From: Candidatus Falkowbacteria bacterium
GTDB lineage: Bacteria; Patescibacteriota; Patescibacteriia; Patescibacteriales; GWE2-39-37
Direction: 5' to 3'
Assembly: GCA_013336275.1 (NCBI GenBank)
Contig: JAAXUA010000001.1
Span: forward strand, 270,167-334,166
Length of the DNA: 64,000 bases
Shown piece by piece: positions 49,051 through 58,638 of the stretch; position 1 is the stretch's first letter, and each line of letters starts with the position of its first letter. Made by a program: the position numbers and the translations under genes. The notes under the pieces are model-generated. The model made no database searches, was not told the DNA's origin, and worked only from the letters and a program-made list of their open reading frames with translations.

Positions 49051-49191
49051 AGCGTACTCCTTCCTGATTTTTCCTCAATCTAGAGGAGGATTTTCGGTCA
49101 TCTGACCGGTGTTGTCACGTGTTGTCAATGAGCCTAAGCTTGTCTCTTTCTGATCCCGTCAACGAGACTGGAGCAGAGGCGAAACAACCTT

Positions 49192-50067
49192 CTAAAGCAG
49201 GTTGCTGATATTGCCTTGGTTCAGGATATCGTCAAGGTCAAAGTCATCACTTATTGCCGGCTTAGGCGAAGGCCCGGCGGCCGGCTGCGCGACCGGTTCG
49301 GCTGGCCGAGGTCGTGCGGGTTCCGACTGAGCCTGGACCTCTACTGGTGCTGGCTCAGGACAAGGAGTTGCCACTGCCTGCTGCTGGGGAGCTGGCTCGA
49401 TCGGCATCTTTTCTGGCTGCGTCTCCTGGACGGCCTGGATGGGCGCCGGCTCGATGGAAACTTTGGCGAAAAGGTAAAGGTAGAACAGGCCGAAAATCAA
49501 ACCGATGACCGGACCCAATATCATATTCAAGACGATATTGGGGCGGACCGGCCACTTCGAAACGATGGGCTGGTCGATCACCCTGATTTCAACCTTATCA
49601 CCAGTACCCAGAAAGACGCTGCTCTTATTCTTCAAAGCTAAATCGACGGCTTGAGCCACCTGCTCGGCCTGATATTTGTCGGCATGAAAAACCGAGATCT
49701 CGATCACACCCAAATCGCCATAAGACCTGGCGGCAATCATTTTCTGCCATGTCTTGGCGCGCTCTCGCTGGTCGTTGCTGAAATAGTCCTTGTCGACATT
49801 CAGCCCCGAAGCTAAGACCTCCTCCAGGAACGAATTGGAAGCGACGATCTTGGTCAAGACGCCGCCCAAATACTCGTTAGCCTTGGCAGCGACAAAAGGA
49901 TCGGTACCCTCTTGGCTATTCTGGATGATCAGCAAACGTGACTGGGCTCGGAACTCGAGCGGACGCAAAAAAGTGAAGGCCATGGCAAGTAGCACGAAAA
50001 TAAGGACGCTTGTCACCAAGGTCAGCTTGCCTTTTTTGATCAATTGATAGAATTGGGCTAATTCCAT
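49192..50067 (-). CDS. Wzz/CpsC-like chain-length determinant
   Basis: N-terminal TM, periplasmic loop, IRVIDQP...PVRPN..LN, second TM, Pro-rich tail. Confidence 0.8.
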   Translation of the reverse strand: MELAQFYQLIKKGKLTLVTSVLIFVLLAMAFTFLRPLEFRAQSRLLIIQNSQEGTDPFVAAKANEYLGGVLTKIVASNSFLEEVLASGLNVDKDYFSNDQRERAKTWQKMIAARSYGDLGVIEISVFHADKYQAEQVAQAVDLALKNKSSVFLGTGDKVEIRVIDQPIVSKWPVRPNIVLNMILGPVIGLIFGLFYLYLFAKVSIEPAPIQAVQETQPEKMPIEPAPQQQAVATPCPEPAPVEVQAQSEPARPRPAEPVAQPAAGPSPKPAISDDFDLDDILNQGNISNLL

Positions 50068-50262
50068 ATGAGTCTTACGGCTAGACATTCAAAGCCCCGA
50101 CTACGCTAAAGATATCGGGTTTATAAATGATAGTTCAAAATGATTAATTATGGTAACATTTTATTGTAAAAATGTCAATAGCTTATTCGGCCAAGGCAAC
50201 AAAAAAATGCCCCTTCCGGGCAAATCTTTTAGTTTCAGCGAATTTTCTCTATTTTTTGCTAA

Positions 50263-50859
50263 CTATACGCCAAATTCATCAATAAGAATCAAGCGCTTCC
50301 CCTCGAGGATATTATAAAGGAAGACATCAGTCATACTCAAGCGGAAGGAGAACTCTCCCGGCTCCATAAAGGTGAAGTTCACTTCTCGCCCTAATTCCTG
50401 CTCCAATTGTGCCAAAAGGGCGAGCAGCTTGACCTTATTGATCTTGCCGACTATCAGGATATCGATCGGCGAGTCGGGCAGATTCACGAAAATACCGGTC
50501 AGGACCAGCAGCTTTATCCGGCCCAGCTTCATCAGGCGATCAAGGAAGTCTCGTTCATAAAGGATCTGCGATTTGACGATTAACGCCTTAAGCTCATCTT
50601 TGAGCACGAAATTAGGATCGAGGCGGTAGTGCTTCTTTTCTTGCCGCGGAGCACCCTTCTCGTCGCTATTAACCTCTTCGGCCATGACATGCTCGACCAT
50701 GCCGAACTCCTCCAGATTGTCCAACTCTTTCTTGACCGCCACCAGCTGGAGCTTGAGCATCTTGACGATCTCGACCAAAGTCAGGCGCCGGTCAGGCGAC
50801 AACAAAAAAAGCTTCATCAGCTTGACGCGGGTTCGTGATCCAAAAAGCTTCTCGAGCAT
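50263..50859 (-). CDS. Winged-helix protein with nucleotidyltransferase-like C-domain
   Basis: LFGSRTRVKL, ELDNLEEFG; LTGIF...SPIDILIVG, GREVNFT. Confidence 0.7.
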   Translation of the reverse strand: MLEKLFGSRTRVKLMKLFLLSPDRRLTLVEIVKMLKLQLVAVKKELDNLEEFGMVEHVMAEEVNSDEKGAPRQEKKHYRLDPNFVLKDELKALIVKSQILYERDFLDRLMKLGRIKLLVLTGIFVNLPDSPIDILIVGKINKVKLLALLAQLEQELGREVNFTFMEPGEFSFRLSMTDVFLYNILEGKRLILIDEFGV

Positions 50860-50976
50860 AGTTTAAGATTACCTGTTGCTAGCTTATACTGCTTGTTCTT
50901 TACTATTATTTTATAGTATAATATAGGGGTAGTCAATTCGTTATTGGCTCTATTTTTTATAGTGAGTTGAAGAAAA

Positions 50977-53199
50977 ATGTTTTATAAAATTGCTCAACTC
51001 ATCCTGACGCCCACTCAAAAAAGCAGCCAGCTGGGCGAAGTCTACCTGGCCCAACCCGATGCCCACAAAGAAGGGCTTGCCGGGCGGCTTTTCATATTGA
51101 TCGAACTGCCAGCCAATGCCTCGGGCGGAGCCAAATTCATCAATTACCTGGTCAGCGAGCTGACTCATAACTACTACCAGAACGAGAAACTGATCCTGCG
51201 CGAAAGGCTCTCTACGATCAAGATTGAGCATATCTTCGAGGCGGCTTTAGCCAAGACCAACAAGAATTTGGCCGATTTCATGCAAAACCCGGTCATCGAC
51301 TTCGAGTTGCGGTCAATCAACGCCACGGTCGGGGTAATTTTCGAAAATGAGCTCCACTTCTCCGTCATCGGTGCCAACAAGGCTTTCCTGGCCTACCTGA
51401 ATCCTAAAGACTTAGACGGACGCGATTATCGGATCACTGAAATCACCGGCAGGGTCGATTCGGAACCGGTTGCCCCCGTGGTGGCCACCAAGATCTTCTC
51501 CAACGTCATTAATGGCCAATTGCCGGAAAAGGGCTACTTCATATTTTCCAACGAGGCCTTGCCTGAGTATGTCTCTTCCAAACAGCTCATGGAAATCGTC
51601 ACCACCCTCTCCCCCGTCTCCGCAGTCGAACAATTAAAGAACCAGCTGGCCAAAGTGAACGCTTACGTTTCATTCCTGGCGCTGATCATCAAGAATACTG
51701 TCGGCCAGGCAGCCAATCCGGCAGACCGCATCATCTTGTCCGGCTCAAGCCAGAACTCGATCAACTCGCTCAATTCGACCGAACAGGCCACTGAACGGCT
51801 GCTGACCCCCTCGGGAGTAATAGACCTTAAGTCCTGGATTCAGAAAATTACCCGCTGGCGCCCCAAGCTGGGCGTTTCCCTGCCTCGATCGGCAAAAGGC
51901 GGGCAACTTTCCATCTCTGACCGGGTTGCCAGCAAGAAAAGAACCGGCCTATTCTGGCTCAAAAAATCATTCCAAGTCGTTTTAGCTTTTTTCTTAGTAC
52001 TGTTCGATCTGATCAAGGGCTTGCCCCAATTCTTAAAAGCCGACCGCTGGCAGAAAAGCCTCAACTCGGCCAAACAAAGGACTGCCAGCTTTTTCCTCTG
52101 GTTCAAGAACTTGGAGCGTAAGCACCAAGTGGTAATAGTGGTCGTGCTCGTAACCCTCGGCTTTTTCGTCGAGAATCTCTTCACCCTAAAACAACGGAAC
52201 TACGAAGAAGCCTTAGAGCAGAATCACCAAGACTCAGCCAAGCTCATCGAGCAGAAAGAAACCGCCGTCGAATCCAGTCTTATTTATAAGAACGAGGACG
52301 GCGCCAACCAGATCCTTTCGGAAATCAAGCCGCTTCTTGACCAATTGCCCGCCGATGACCCTCAATATGCCGAGCTGTTCAAGAAATATGAACAGCAGGT
52401 GGCGAAGCTCCGCAAAGAAAACAAGACCAACCCCGTCGAAGCGGCCAACTTCGCTCAAATCAGCCCTCAAGCCAAGCCAGAAAACCTGTCGTTGATTGCC
52501 GGCCAGCTAGTCGCCGGCGACGCAGCCAATTCTGCCATTTACCGATTCGACCTGGCAACCAAGTCAGGGACGATCAAGAACGATTTCACCGACCAGGTCT
52601 CCGAACTGCGCTTGCCTGCCTTGGACGAAAAATCAGCCAGTTTCCTCAACAAGGACAAGGTCATCGAATTCGACCCGACGACCGGCAAGGCCAAGCAATT
52701 CAACCTGGAACCCCAAGGCAATCCCATCGGTATCGCCAATCAGGCTATTTATAATGGCAAGCTATACCAGCTCAACAGCGCCGACAGGCAGATTTATCGC
52801 TTCAACAAGACAAGCGCTTCATACTCTGGCGGCTCTGCCTGGCTGAAACAGCCAGCCAATGAGCTGGCCGGGGCAGTCTCGCTGTCAATCGACTCCTCCA
52901 TTTTCGTGCTTGTCGACAATGGGCAGATTTATAAATATCTCCGGGGTGAACCCGAACCTTTCACTACCCCCAAGATCCAGCCGCCAGTCGCTAAAGCAAG
53001 CAAGCTTTTCATTACGGACAAAAAAATACTTATCTTCGAGCCGGCCGCCAAACGCATCATCTCTTTAGACAAGAACGGCAACTTCATCAACCAAGCGACC
53101 TTTGCCGGTTTGAACGAGCCTCGTGACGCCGCCTTCTCAGCCGACGGCAGCAAAGCCTACATCCTCTCCGGCTCCAGTGCTTGGGAAATCAACTTATAA
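50977..53199 (+). CDS. Hypothetical membrane protein with C-terminal beta-propeller
   Basis: Soluble N-domain, TM, then NHL-like repeats (IYNGKLYQL, SLSIDSSIFVL, AAFSADG). Confidence 0.7.
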   Translation: MFYKIAQLILTPTQKSSQLGEVYLAQPDAHKEGLAGRLFILIELPANASGGAKFINYLVSELTHNYYQNEKLILRERLSTIKIEHIFEAALAKTNKNLADFMQNPVIDFELRSINATVGVIFENELHFSVIGANKAFLAYLNPKDLDGRDYRITEITGRVDSEPVAPVVATKIFSNVINGQLPEKGYFIFSNEALPEYVSSKQLMEIVTTLSPVSAVEQLKNQLAKVNAYVSFLALIIKNTVGQAANPADRIILSGSSQNSINSLNSTEQATERLLTPSGVIDLKSWIQKITRWRPKLGVSLPRSAKGGQLSISDRVASKKRTGLFWLKKSFQVVLAFFLVLFDLIKGLPQFLKADRWQKSLNSAKQRTASFFLWFKNLERKHQVVIVVVLVTLGFFVENLFTLKQRNYEEALEQNHQDSAKLIEQKETAVESSLIYKNEDGANQILSEIKPLLDQLPADDPQYAELFKKYEQQVAKLRKENKTNPVEAANFAQISPQAKPENLSLIAGQLVAGDAANSAIYRFDLATKSGTIKNDFTDQVSELRLPALDEKSASFLNKDKVIEFDPTTGKAKQFNLEPQGNPIGIANQAIYNGKLYQLNSADRQIYRFNKTSASYSGGSAWLKQPANELAGAVSLSIDSSIFVLVDNGQIYKYLRGEPEPFTTPKIQPPVAKASKLFITDKKILIFEPAAKRIISLDKNGNFINQATFAGLNEPRDAAFSADGSKAYILSGSSAWEINL

Positions 53200-53210
53200 C
53201 CTTCTCCAGA

Positions 53211-53239
53211 TAAAAAAACGGGCGTACTTGCGTACGCCC
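53211..53239 (-). terminator. Intrinsic terminator
   Basis: Minus strand GGGCGTAC-gcaa-GTACGCCC-GTTTTTTT. Confidence 0.8.
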
Positions 53240-53257
53240 TGTTTGCGGTTTGAGCCG

Positions 53258-53773
53258 CTACTGTCTTGGGAGGAAATGCACCGAATGATCCGTGCCGGCC
53301 AGGAGGATGCCCTCAGTATCAGGCATGATCTTCATGTCGAATTCGGGGAGTGAGGTCGTCACTTTCCTGAAGTTGATGAAGGTAAAACGCCGTTCACCGA
53401 TGATCTTGTCGACAACCTCCACGATGGCAGTGATTTCGTGCCCGAAGTCAAACGGCGTAATGCCATAGTAGTGGCAGTTGACGAAGACTCCCTTGAAGTT
53501 CTTGACGTGGTGGTAATGGGCCGGAACCGACTTGCCTTCGATTATCTGCTCTGTCTGCAGCCGAAGACCGCCAGCTTTAGGCACTTTGACCTCGACGTCA
53601 GGCATAAGGGCCATCACCTTGCGTTCGCAAACCTTCGGCGCAGCACTCTGCACCAGCAGTTGGTGGGATTTGCGGTCTTCGCCTTCGAGACCATTGATGT
53701 CATCCTGGATCGCGAATGCGGCGAGGGCGAGCGACAAATTGGTGTTTCTGAATTCTGCTTGTTCGGTTTTCAT
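53258..53773 (-). CDS. Hypothetical protein (SD-led)
   Basis: ATG 53773 follows AAGGAGG; has its own promoter and terminator. Confidence 0.65.
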   Translation of the reverse strand: MKTEQAEFRNTNLSLALAAFAIQDDINGLEGEDRKSHQLLVQSAAPKVCERKVMALMPDVEVKVPKAGGLRLQTEQIIEGKSVPAHYHHVKNFKGVFVNCHYYGITPFDFGHEITAIVEVVDKIIGERRFTFINFRKVTTSLPEFDMKIMPDTEGILLAGTDHSVHFLPRQ

Positions 53774-53968
53774 TGACTGCCTCCTTGTGGTGGTTGTGGC
53801 AATTCCTAGGGATGAGTAAAAGCTCCTCAATTGACGTGACCGCTAAAATCCAGCGTTATAAGTATTTCCTCTCCTTGTTTAAGGTGCCCGCTTTTAGCAA
53901 AAAGCGCGAATTTATATTTATAACACATTTATGTATAATTGTCAACTAAAGCCCCCTTTCTCAGCAAT

Positions 53969-54003
53969 AAAAAAAGACGCCTCTTACGAAGCGTCTTTTT
54001 TTT
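53969..54003 (-). terminator. Terminator of the rplJL operon
   Basis: AAAAAAGACGC-ctcttacgaa-GCGTCTTTTTTT. Confidence 0.75.
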
Positions 54004-54016
54004 ATTGTAAAAGGAT

Positions 54017-54427
54017 TTACTTCAAGGTAACCTTGCCGCCAGCCTCTTCGATCTTCTTTTTGATGTCATCGGCTTCTTCCTTCTTTACGCCTTCCTTCAC
54101 CATCTTAGGAGCTGCGTCTACCAAATCCTTGGCATCCTTCAAGCCCAAAGCGGTGATTTCGCGGACAACTTTGATCACGTTGATCTTGTTGGCGCCAGAG
54201 TCAGTCAATTCGACGTCGAAGCTGGTCTTCTCTTCAGCAGCCGGAGCAGCTGGGCCGGCAGCAGCCATCATCATGGCAGGTGCGGCAGCGGATACGCCAA
54301 ACTTCTTCTCGAGAACCTTGACCAATGCGGCCAGGTCGATGACGCTCATCTTTTCGATTTCAGCAACGAGCGCCTGGAATTTTGCAGGAACCTCTACGGT
54401 TTCCTCAGTCTTGATTTCTTCAGTCAT
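54017..54427 (-). CDS. rplL: 50S ribosomal protein L7/L12
   Basis: [41 protein letters not shown]. Confidence 0.97.
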   Translation of the reverse strand: MTEEIKTEETVEVPAKFQALVAEIEKMSVIDLAALVKVLEKKFGVSAAAPAMMMAAAGPAAPAAEEKTSFDVELTDSGANKINVIKVVREITALGLKDAKDLVDAAPKMVKEGVKKEEADDIKKKIEEAGGKVTLK

Positions 54428-54459
54428 AGTTTTTTACTTAATAATTTTTTATAAATGTT

Positions 54460-54987
54460 TTAGGCTTTCTGCTCCTCAATTGCCTTGAGGACATAAACCA
54501 GGTTGCGCAAGTTGCCAGCCAAGGCATTGACGAATCCGGAAACCGGAGCGTTCAATGAACCGACCAACTGGCCATACAATTCCTGCTTGCTTGGCAATTT
54601 TGCCAATTCAGTCACCTCAGCTGCGCTGATAAAATGACCCTCGAGAACACCGCCGGCAAAATCCAGCTTACCCTCGTTCTCTTTCTTGTACTTAGCCACC
54701 AGCTTAGCTGGGACCACTTCGTCGCCGTACCCGAAAATCGCAGCCAATTGGCCATCCATCTTACGGGCAGAAAAACCGTCCAGACCCTTGCCTTTGAAAG
54801 CCAGGTCGATCAAGGTCTTTTTGGCAACGAGCATTTCGGCCTGTTCTTCTCTGAGCGCATTGCGCAAAGATTCGCTGGCCTGCACACCGAAACCGTTGAA
54901 ATTAGCGAAAACTACCGACTTGGCTCGTCCGGCACGTTCCTCTAAAGTCCGCAGCTCAGTCTGCTTCTTTACTCTGCTTTTAGCCAT
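54460..54987 (-). CDS. rplJ: 50S ribosomal protein L10
   Basis: VAKKTL, LAKLPSKQEL, upstream of rplL. Confidence 0.95.
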   Translation of the reverse strand: MAKSRVKKQTELRTLEERAGRAKSVVFANFNGFGVQASESLRNALREEQAEMLVAKKTLIDLAFKGKGLDGFSARKMDGQLAAIFGYGDEVVPAKLVAKYKKENEGKLDFAGGVLEGHFISAAEVTELAKLPSKQELYGQLVGSLNAPVSGFVNALAGNLRNLVYVLKAIEEQKA

Positions 54988-55023
54988 AATTATTATTTAA
55001 TTTCTCAAAAATCACGAATCATA

Positions 55024-55122
55024 AACAAAAAAAACTGTGGCTTTACCACAGCAACAAGAACCTAAAAATGGTCCTCACCTCGGCAGGGCTTATCTTGTAC
55101 GCCTGCGGTCTCTGGTAAAGTA
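55024..55122 (-). ncRNA. L10 leader with terminator/antiterminator
   Basis: Minus strand AGACCGCAGG...CCTGCCGAGG core; terminator CTGTGG-taaag-CCACAG-T8; the 5' CTTTACCA is complementary to TGGTAAAG in the terminator. Confidence 0.8.
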
Positions 55123-55185
55123 ATATTTTGATGTAAGATTATTCTAGCAGATTAGCCATTTTTGTCAATAGCCCGAGTCTTGCGG

Positions 55186-57567
55186 CTATCGGCCACCTTC
55201 CTGCAGATTATAAACCGGGCCGATGGCCAGATATTTCTTACCCTTGATCTGTTCGATGATGACTATCAGTTTCAGGGTTCCGATATCTTCAATGGTCTTA
55301 AGCTTTTCGAAATTGAATGCCGTCCGCTTCTCGCCAGATTTGCTGACAAGGTTCTTCCTGGCGAAGTTGGCCAAGTTGGCCAAGTCATTATTATCCAGTT
55401 TCTCGCCGGCCAATTCCTTCTTTGTAATCGCCTTAAGCTTCAAGAGCTCGTCCTGGACCTCGGCCAATTTCTTGCCGGTCAGATCGACATCTTTAACCAG
55501 GCGCAGGGCTCCCATCATCTTGCCGAGCATCCGCGCGTTAGCCAAAAGCTCATCAATCAGGACTGGGGCCGGCTCCACCATATAGGAAGACTCCGCCAAG
55601 TCGCCACCGGAGACATTTTCCAGATTAGGGACCCACTTATCAGCCGGCAGCCGCAGATTGACCCAGGCGGCCAAAGCAGCAGTCGTTTGGCGGTTGCTCC
55701 AGTTGGCTGTGTTGGTGACGATCGGTCCGGTGAGCTCAAGCGGGTCAAGCATGGACTTGCGCATCACATCGAGCGTTGACCAATACTGGCTGGCATGCCA
55801 GCTGTTGGCACTGAAATTAAGAAGCTGGTTCTTAAGGATGTCTGATTGCTGGGTGTAATTCCTATAAGATGTGTTCTCGTTGAAATAGGCGTTGGAAACG
55901 ACCGGCTGAAGTATGTTAATAATATCCAAGCCGATGGCCGCGCAACGGACATCGCCGATTTCAGACTTTTCTTTGGTTTGATTCGGACAAGCGGTGACGT
56001 TCTTGGCCAGTTGCTCCTTTTTGGCTGGCAAAAATTTGGAGACCTTGGGATTGGTCAGCTGCTTGAAGATAAAATAATCGGGCCAGAAATCAGTCTGCAG
56101 CAAGCGCATGCCTAAGATGGGCTTAGTCTTGGGGTCAGCGCGGTCATAGCTCCCTTCCAATCCGTAATAATCGCTGCGCTTGGCGATTTCGGCCTGAACC
56201 TTCTTGGCGGCCTGCTCGGCTCTCTGCCGTTCCGGCTCGATCGAGAAAATCTGCTCGGGATCATAACCCTCGCCAAAAAGATTCAGCATCACTTCATTAT
56301 AGTGCAAGTAGGTCAGGTCCTTGCGCAACCCGGAAAAATACGAAACCACCTTGTAAATCCTAGCCCAGCGATTTTTCAGCTCCTGGTTATCGGCGAAGTC
56401 TTTGGCCACGAAAGCGTTAGCGATGAAATTAATCAGCCAGTCGTTCTGGTCCAACAAGCAATCTTTGCAGCTGTCATCACGGTAGTACAAAGGAAAGACC
56501 GAGTTGAACCAGCGATGAGCCAGATAGAAGTTGGCCAGTTTGGCATTGCCCAGGTTCTCGGCGGTCGGGTCGAATTCGCTGTAGTCGCGCTCATAAAGCA
56601 GGACTGGCGATTTCGAGGTGCCGTTGGCCTTGGCAATCAGCGCCAACTCCTTGGCTACGTCAGCCGCCAGATAATCCGGCAGCTCAAAGACATAGCCGTC
56701 CTTTTCGCTAGCTGAGAATTTATTGCCGGTCGTCAGCTCCTCACTCGAAATCTGCCCGGTCTTGGGTTTTAAAAGCTCGAGGCCGACGGCAAAAAAAGCC
56801 GCTTCAAGACGCTCGGCTTCCAAAACAGGGTCGTTGGCCGTGCCGACTTTGGCCTTAGTCTTCTTATAGCGAGCATTGGCGATCTGGAAGAATTCCTTGT
56901 TGATTTTCCACAAATCCTTATAAAAAGTCCCGACCTTGATGTCGGCGAATACTTCTTTCATCTGATTCTGGTAAAAATACCAGATGAAATCTGAACTGAT
57001 GAACTGCGGCATGTCCTTCTTGCTGATCTGGTTATAAAGCCCGTAAAAATCAGTCGCCTCCTTCTTGAAGACATTGTCCATAATGGTAAAACCATTCTTG
57101 TTCAGTTCATCAATCTGCTTTTCTGATAATTCGACTTTTCGTGAAAAATCATAGTAGTTCGCGACATCGACTTTGATAGACAACGGCATCCTGATGGTAT
57201 CAGCCTTGGCTTCGTATTTGTCCTGAGGCGCTTCATAATAATCAGAAAACTTCAGGACCTCGGCCTTGACGTTGGAAAAATCGCCTGACCAGCCATAAGG
57301 ATCGGAGCTCGTGGCCTGGTCGTTCTCCGGCAGACCCGCACCGGTCGAGGTGGAGTTCTTCTGCACCTCGGTCGAGGTTGCCACCGGCGGCTTATCACCC
57401 GGCTTCTTTGTCGTGCCGAGATATGACTTGATGAAGCCGACCATGATACTGATGACTATCACGCCGCCCAAAACGGCAAAAAGCATGATCTGCATCTTGT
57501 TATTCTGCGGCGGTCTGTTTGTTACCGGCCCGGAATAGCCGGACCCTTGAGCCATGTTGTCGAACAT
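55186..57567 (-). CDS. DUF3160-like membrane-anchored protein
   Basis: LNKNGF, PQFISSD, RDYSEF, TTAALAAWVNLR, YLAIGPVY. Confidence 0.7.
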   Translation of the reverse strand: MFDNMAQGSGYSGPVTNRPPQNNKMQIMLFAVLGGVIVISIMVGFIKSYLGTTKKPGDKPPVATSTEVQKNSTSTGAGLPENDQATSSDPYGWSGDFSNVKAEVLKFSDYYEAPQDKYEAKADTIRMPLSIKVDVANYYDFSRKVELSEKQIDELNKNGFTIMDNVFKKEATDFYGLYNQISKKDMPQFISSDFIWYFYQNQMKEVFADIKVGTFYKDLWKINKEFFQIANARYKKTKAKVGTANDPVLEAERLEAAFFAVGLELLKPKTGQISSEELTTGNKFSASEKDGYVFELPDYLAADVAKELALIAKANGTSKSPVLLYERDYSEFDPTAENLGNAKLANFYLAHRWFNSVFPLYYRDDSCKDCLLDQNDWLINFIANAFVAKDFADNQELKNRWARIYKVVSYFSGLRKDLTYLHYNEVMLNLFGEGYDPEQIFSIEPERQRAEQAAKKVQAEIAKRSDYYGLEGSYDRADPKTKPILGMRLLQTDFWPDYFIFKQLTNPKVSKFLPAKKEQLAKNVTACPNQTKEKSEIGDVRCAAIGLDIINILQPVVSNAYFNENTSYRNYTQQSDILKNQLLNFSANSWHASQYWSTLDVMRKSMLDPLELTGPIVTNTANWSNRQTTAALAAWVNLRLPADKWVPNLENVSGGDLAESSYMVEPAPVLIDELLANARMLGKMMGALRLVKDVDLTGKKLAEVQDELLKLKAITKKELAGEKLDNNDLANLANFARKNLVSKSGEKRTAFNFEKLKTIEDIGTLKLIVIIEQIKGKKYLAIGPVYNLQEGGR

Positions 57568-57576
57568 GATTTTGTT

Positions 57577-58635
57577 TTAGTATAGATACTGCCTTTTATT
57601 CTGCTTATGCTGCTCGAATGTTTCGGCGAATATGGTCGCGCCCGTCTTAGGGTCGTTCAAGAAAAAATTATAATCATTCGGCTCGGGATAGATGGCTGCC
57701 ACCAGGGCGGCCAAACCAGGGTTGCCGATCGGTGTCGGCGGCAGGCCCTTGAAGCGGTAGCTATTGAAGGGGGAGTCGGACTCCAGGTCTTCAGCCGAAT
57801 GAGCGGCTACGGTGTCATTTAAGACATAGCTCAGGGTGGCGTCAGACTGTAGCGCCTGTCCGCGGTCGAGCCGCCGCCAAAAAAGATCGGAAACCAGCTT
57901 CATATCGGTGGCAGTACGAACTTCTTTTTCAAGAAGCGAAGCCATGATGACTACTTCCCAAACCGTCTTGCGTTGGCGCGCTATTTCCTGGCGCATTGCC
58001 GCAGAAAGTTTCGAATCGAAATTCTTAAGCATCTTCCTGATAATCTGCCCGGAGGTCGCAGTCTTGCTGAAACGGTAAGTGTCAGGAAAAAGATACCCCT
58101 CATAGCCATAATGACCCGGCTTATCCTCAAGGTAGCTGAAATCATTCGCGTAATCAGCCGGCCGAGGTTCAGACAGGGGTAGTTTGCCGTAATCAACGGT
58201 CGGTCTGCCGGCGGCATCAATAAAGGTAGAAGAAGCCACGATGCCTGCTTTGGCTAGCTGGTCGGCCAGGCTCCTGATACTATCCCCTTCCAGAAAGGTG
58301 ATTTGCACCTGGTTAGCTTGAGCATTGCCCAGGGCTTCGATGAGCTGAAGCAAAGACAACCCCCGCGGCAACTCATAATCGCCAGCTTGAAGCTTGTTCT
58401 GTTTATGACTCAAACGCACGAGCACTTCAAAGAACCAAGGCGAACTGATGACTCCTTCGTCAGCTAAAGAGCGGCTGATCTGCTTCAAAGTCTCGCCGCG
58501 CTCGATCGTAAAGGCGATTTCGCCAGGCTTGCCGTCGCCAGGCTTGCGCTGCAATTCCCAGCCGAAAAAAATAATCGTTACGATAATGACCGCGGGTAGG
58601 AAGGCGAACAGGAATAGCCAGATATGCTTTTTCAT
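57577..58635 (-). CDS. mltG: Endolytic transglycosylase MltG
   Basis: EGYLFPDTY, MASLLEKE, LQSDAT, SPFNSY..GLPPTPIGNPG. Confidence 0.95.
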   Translation of the reverse strand: MKKHIWLFLFAFLPAVIIVTIIFFGWELQRKPGDGKPGEIAFTIERGETLKQISRSLADEGVISSPWFFEVLVRLSHKQNKLQAGDYELPRGLSLLQLIEALGNAQANQVQITFLEGDSIRSLADQLAKAGIVASSTFIDAAGRPTVDYGKLPLSEPRPADYANDFSYLEDKPGHYGYEGYLFPDTYRFSKTATSGQIIRKMLKNFDSKLSAAMRQEIARQRKTVWEVVIMASLLEKEVRTATDMKLVSDLFWRRLDRGQALQSDATLSYVLNDTVAAHSAEDLESDSPFNSYRFKGLPPTPIGNPGLAALVAAIYPEPNDYNFFLNDPKTGATIFAETFEQHKQNKRQYLY

Positions 58636-58638
58636 AAA

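Noticed and set aside
44826..49133. Prophage or integrative element
   Set aside because: No integrase, structural or replication genes, and no flanking direct repeats seen.
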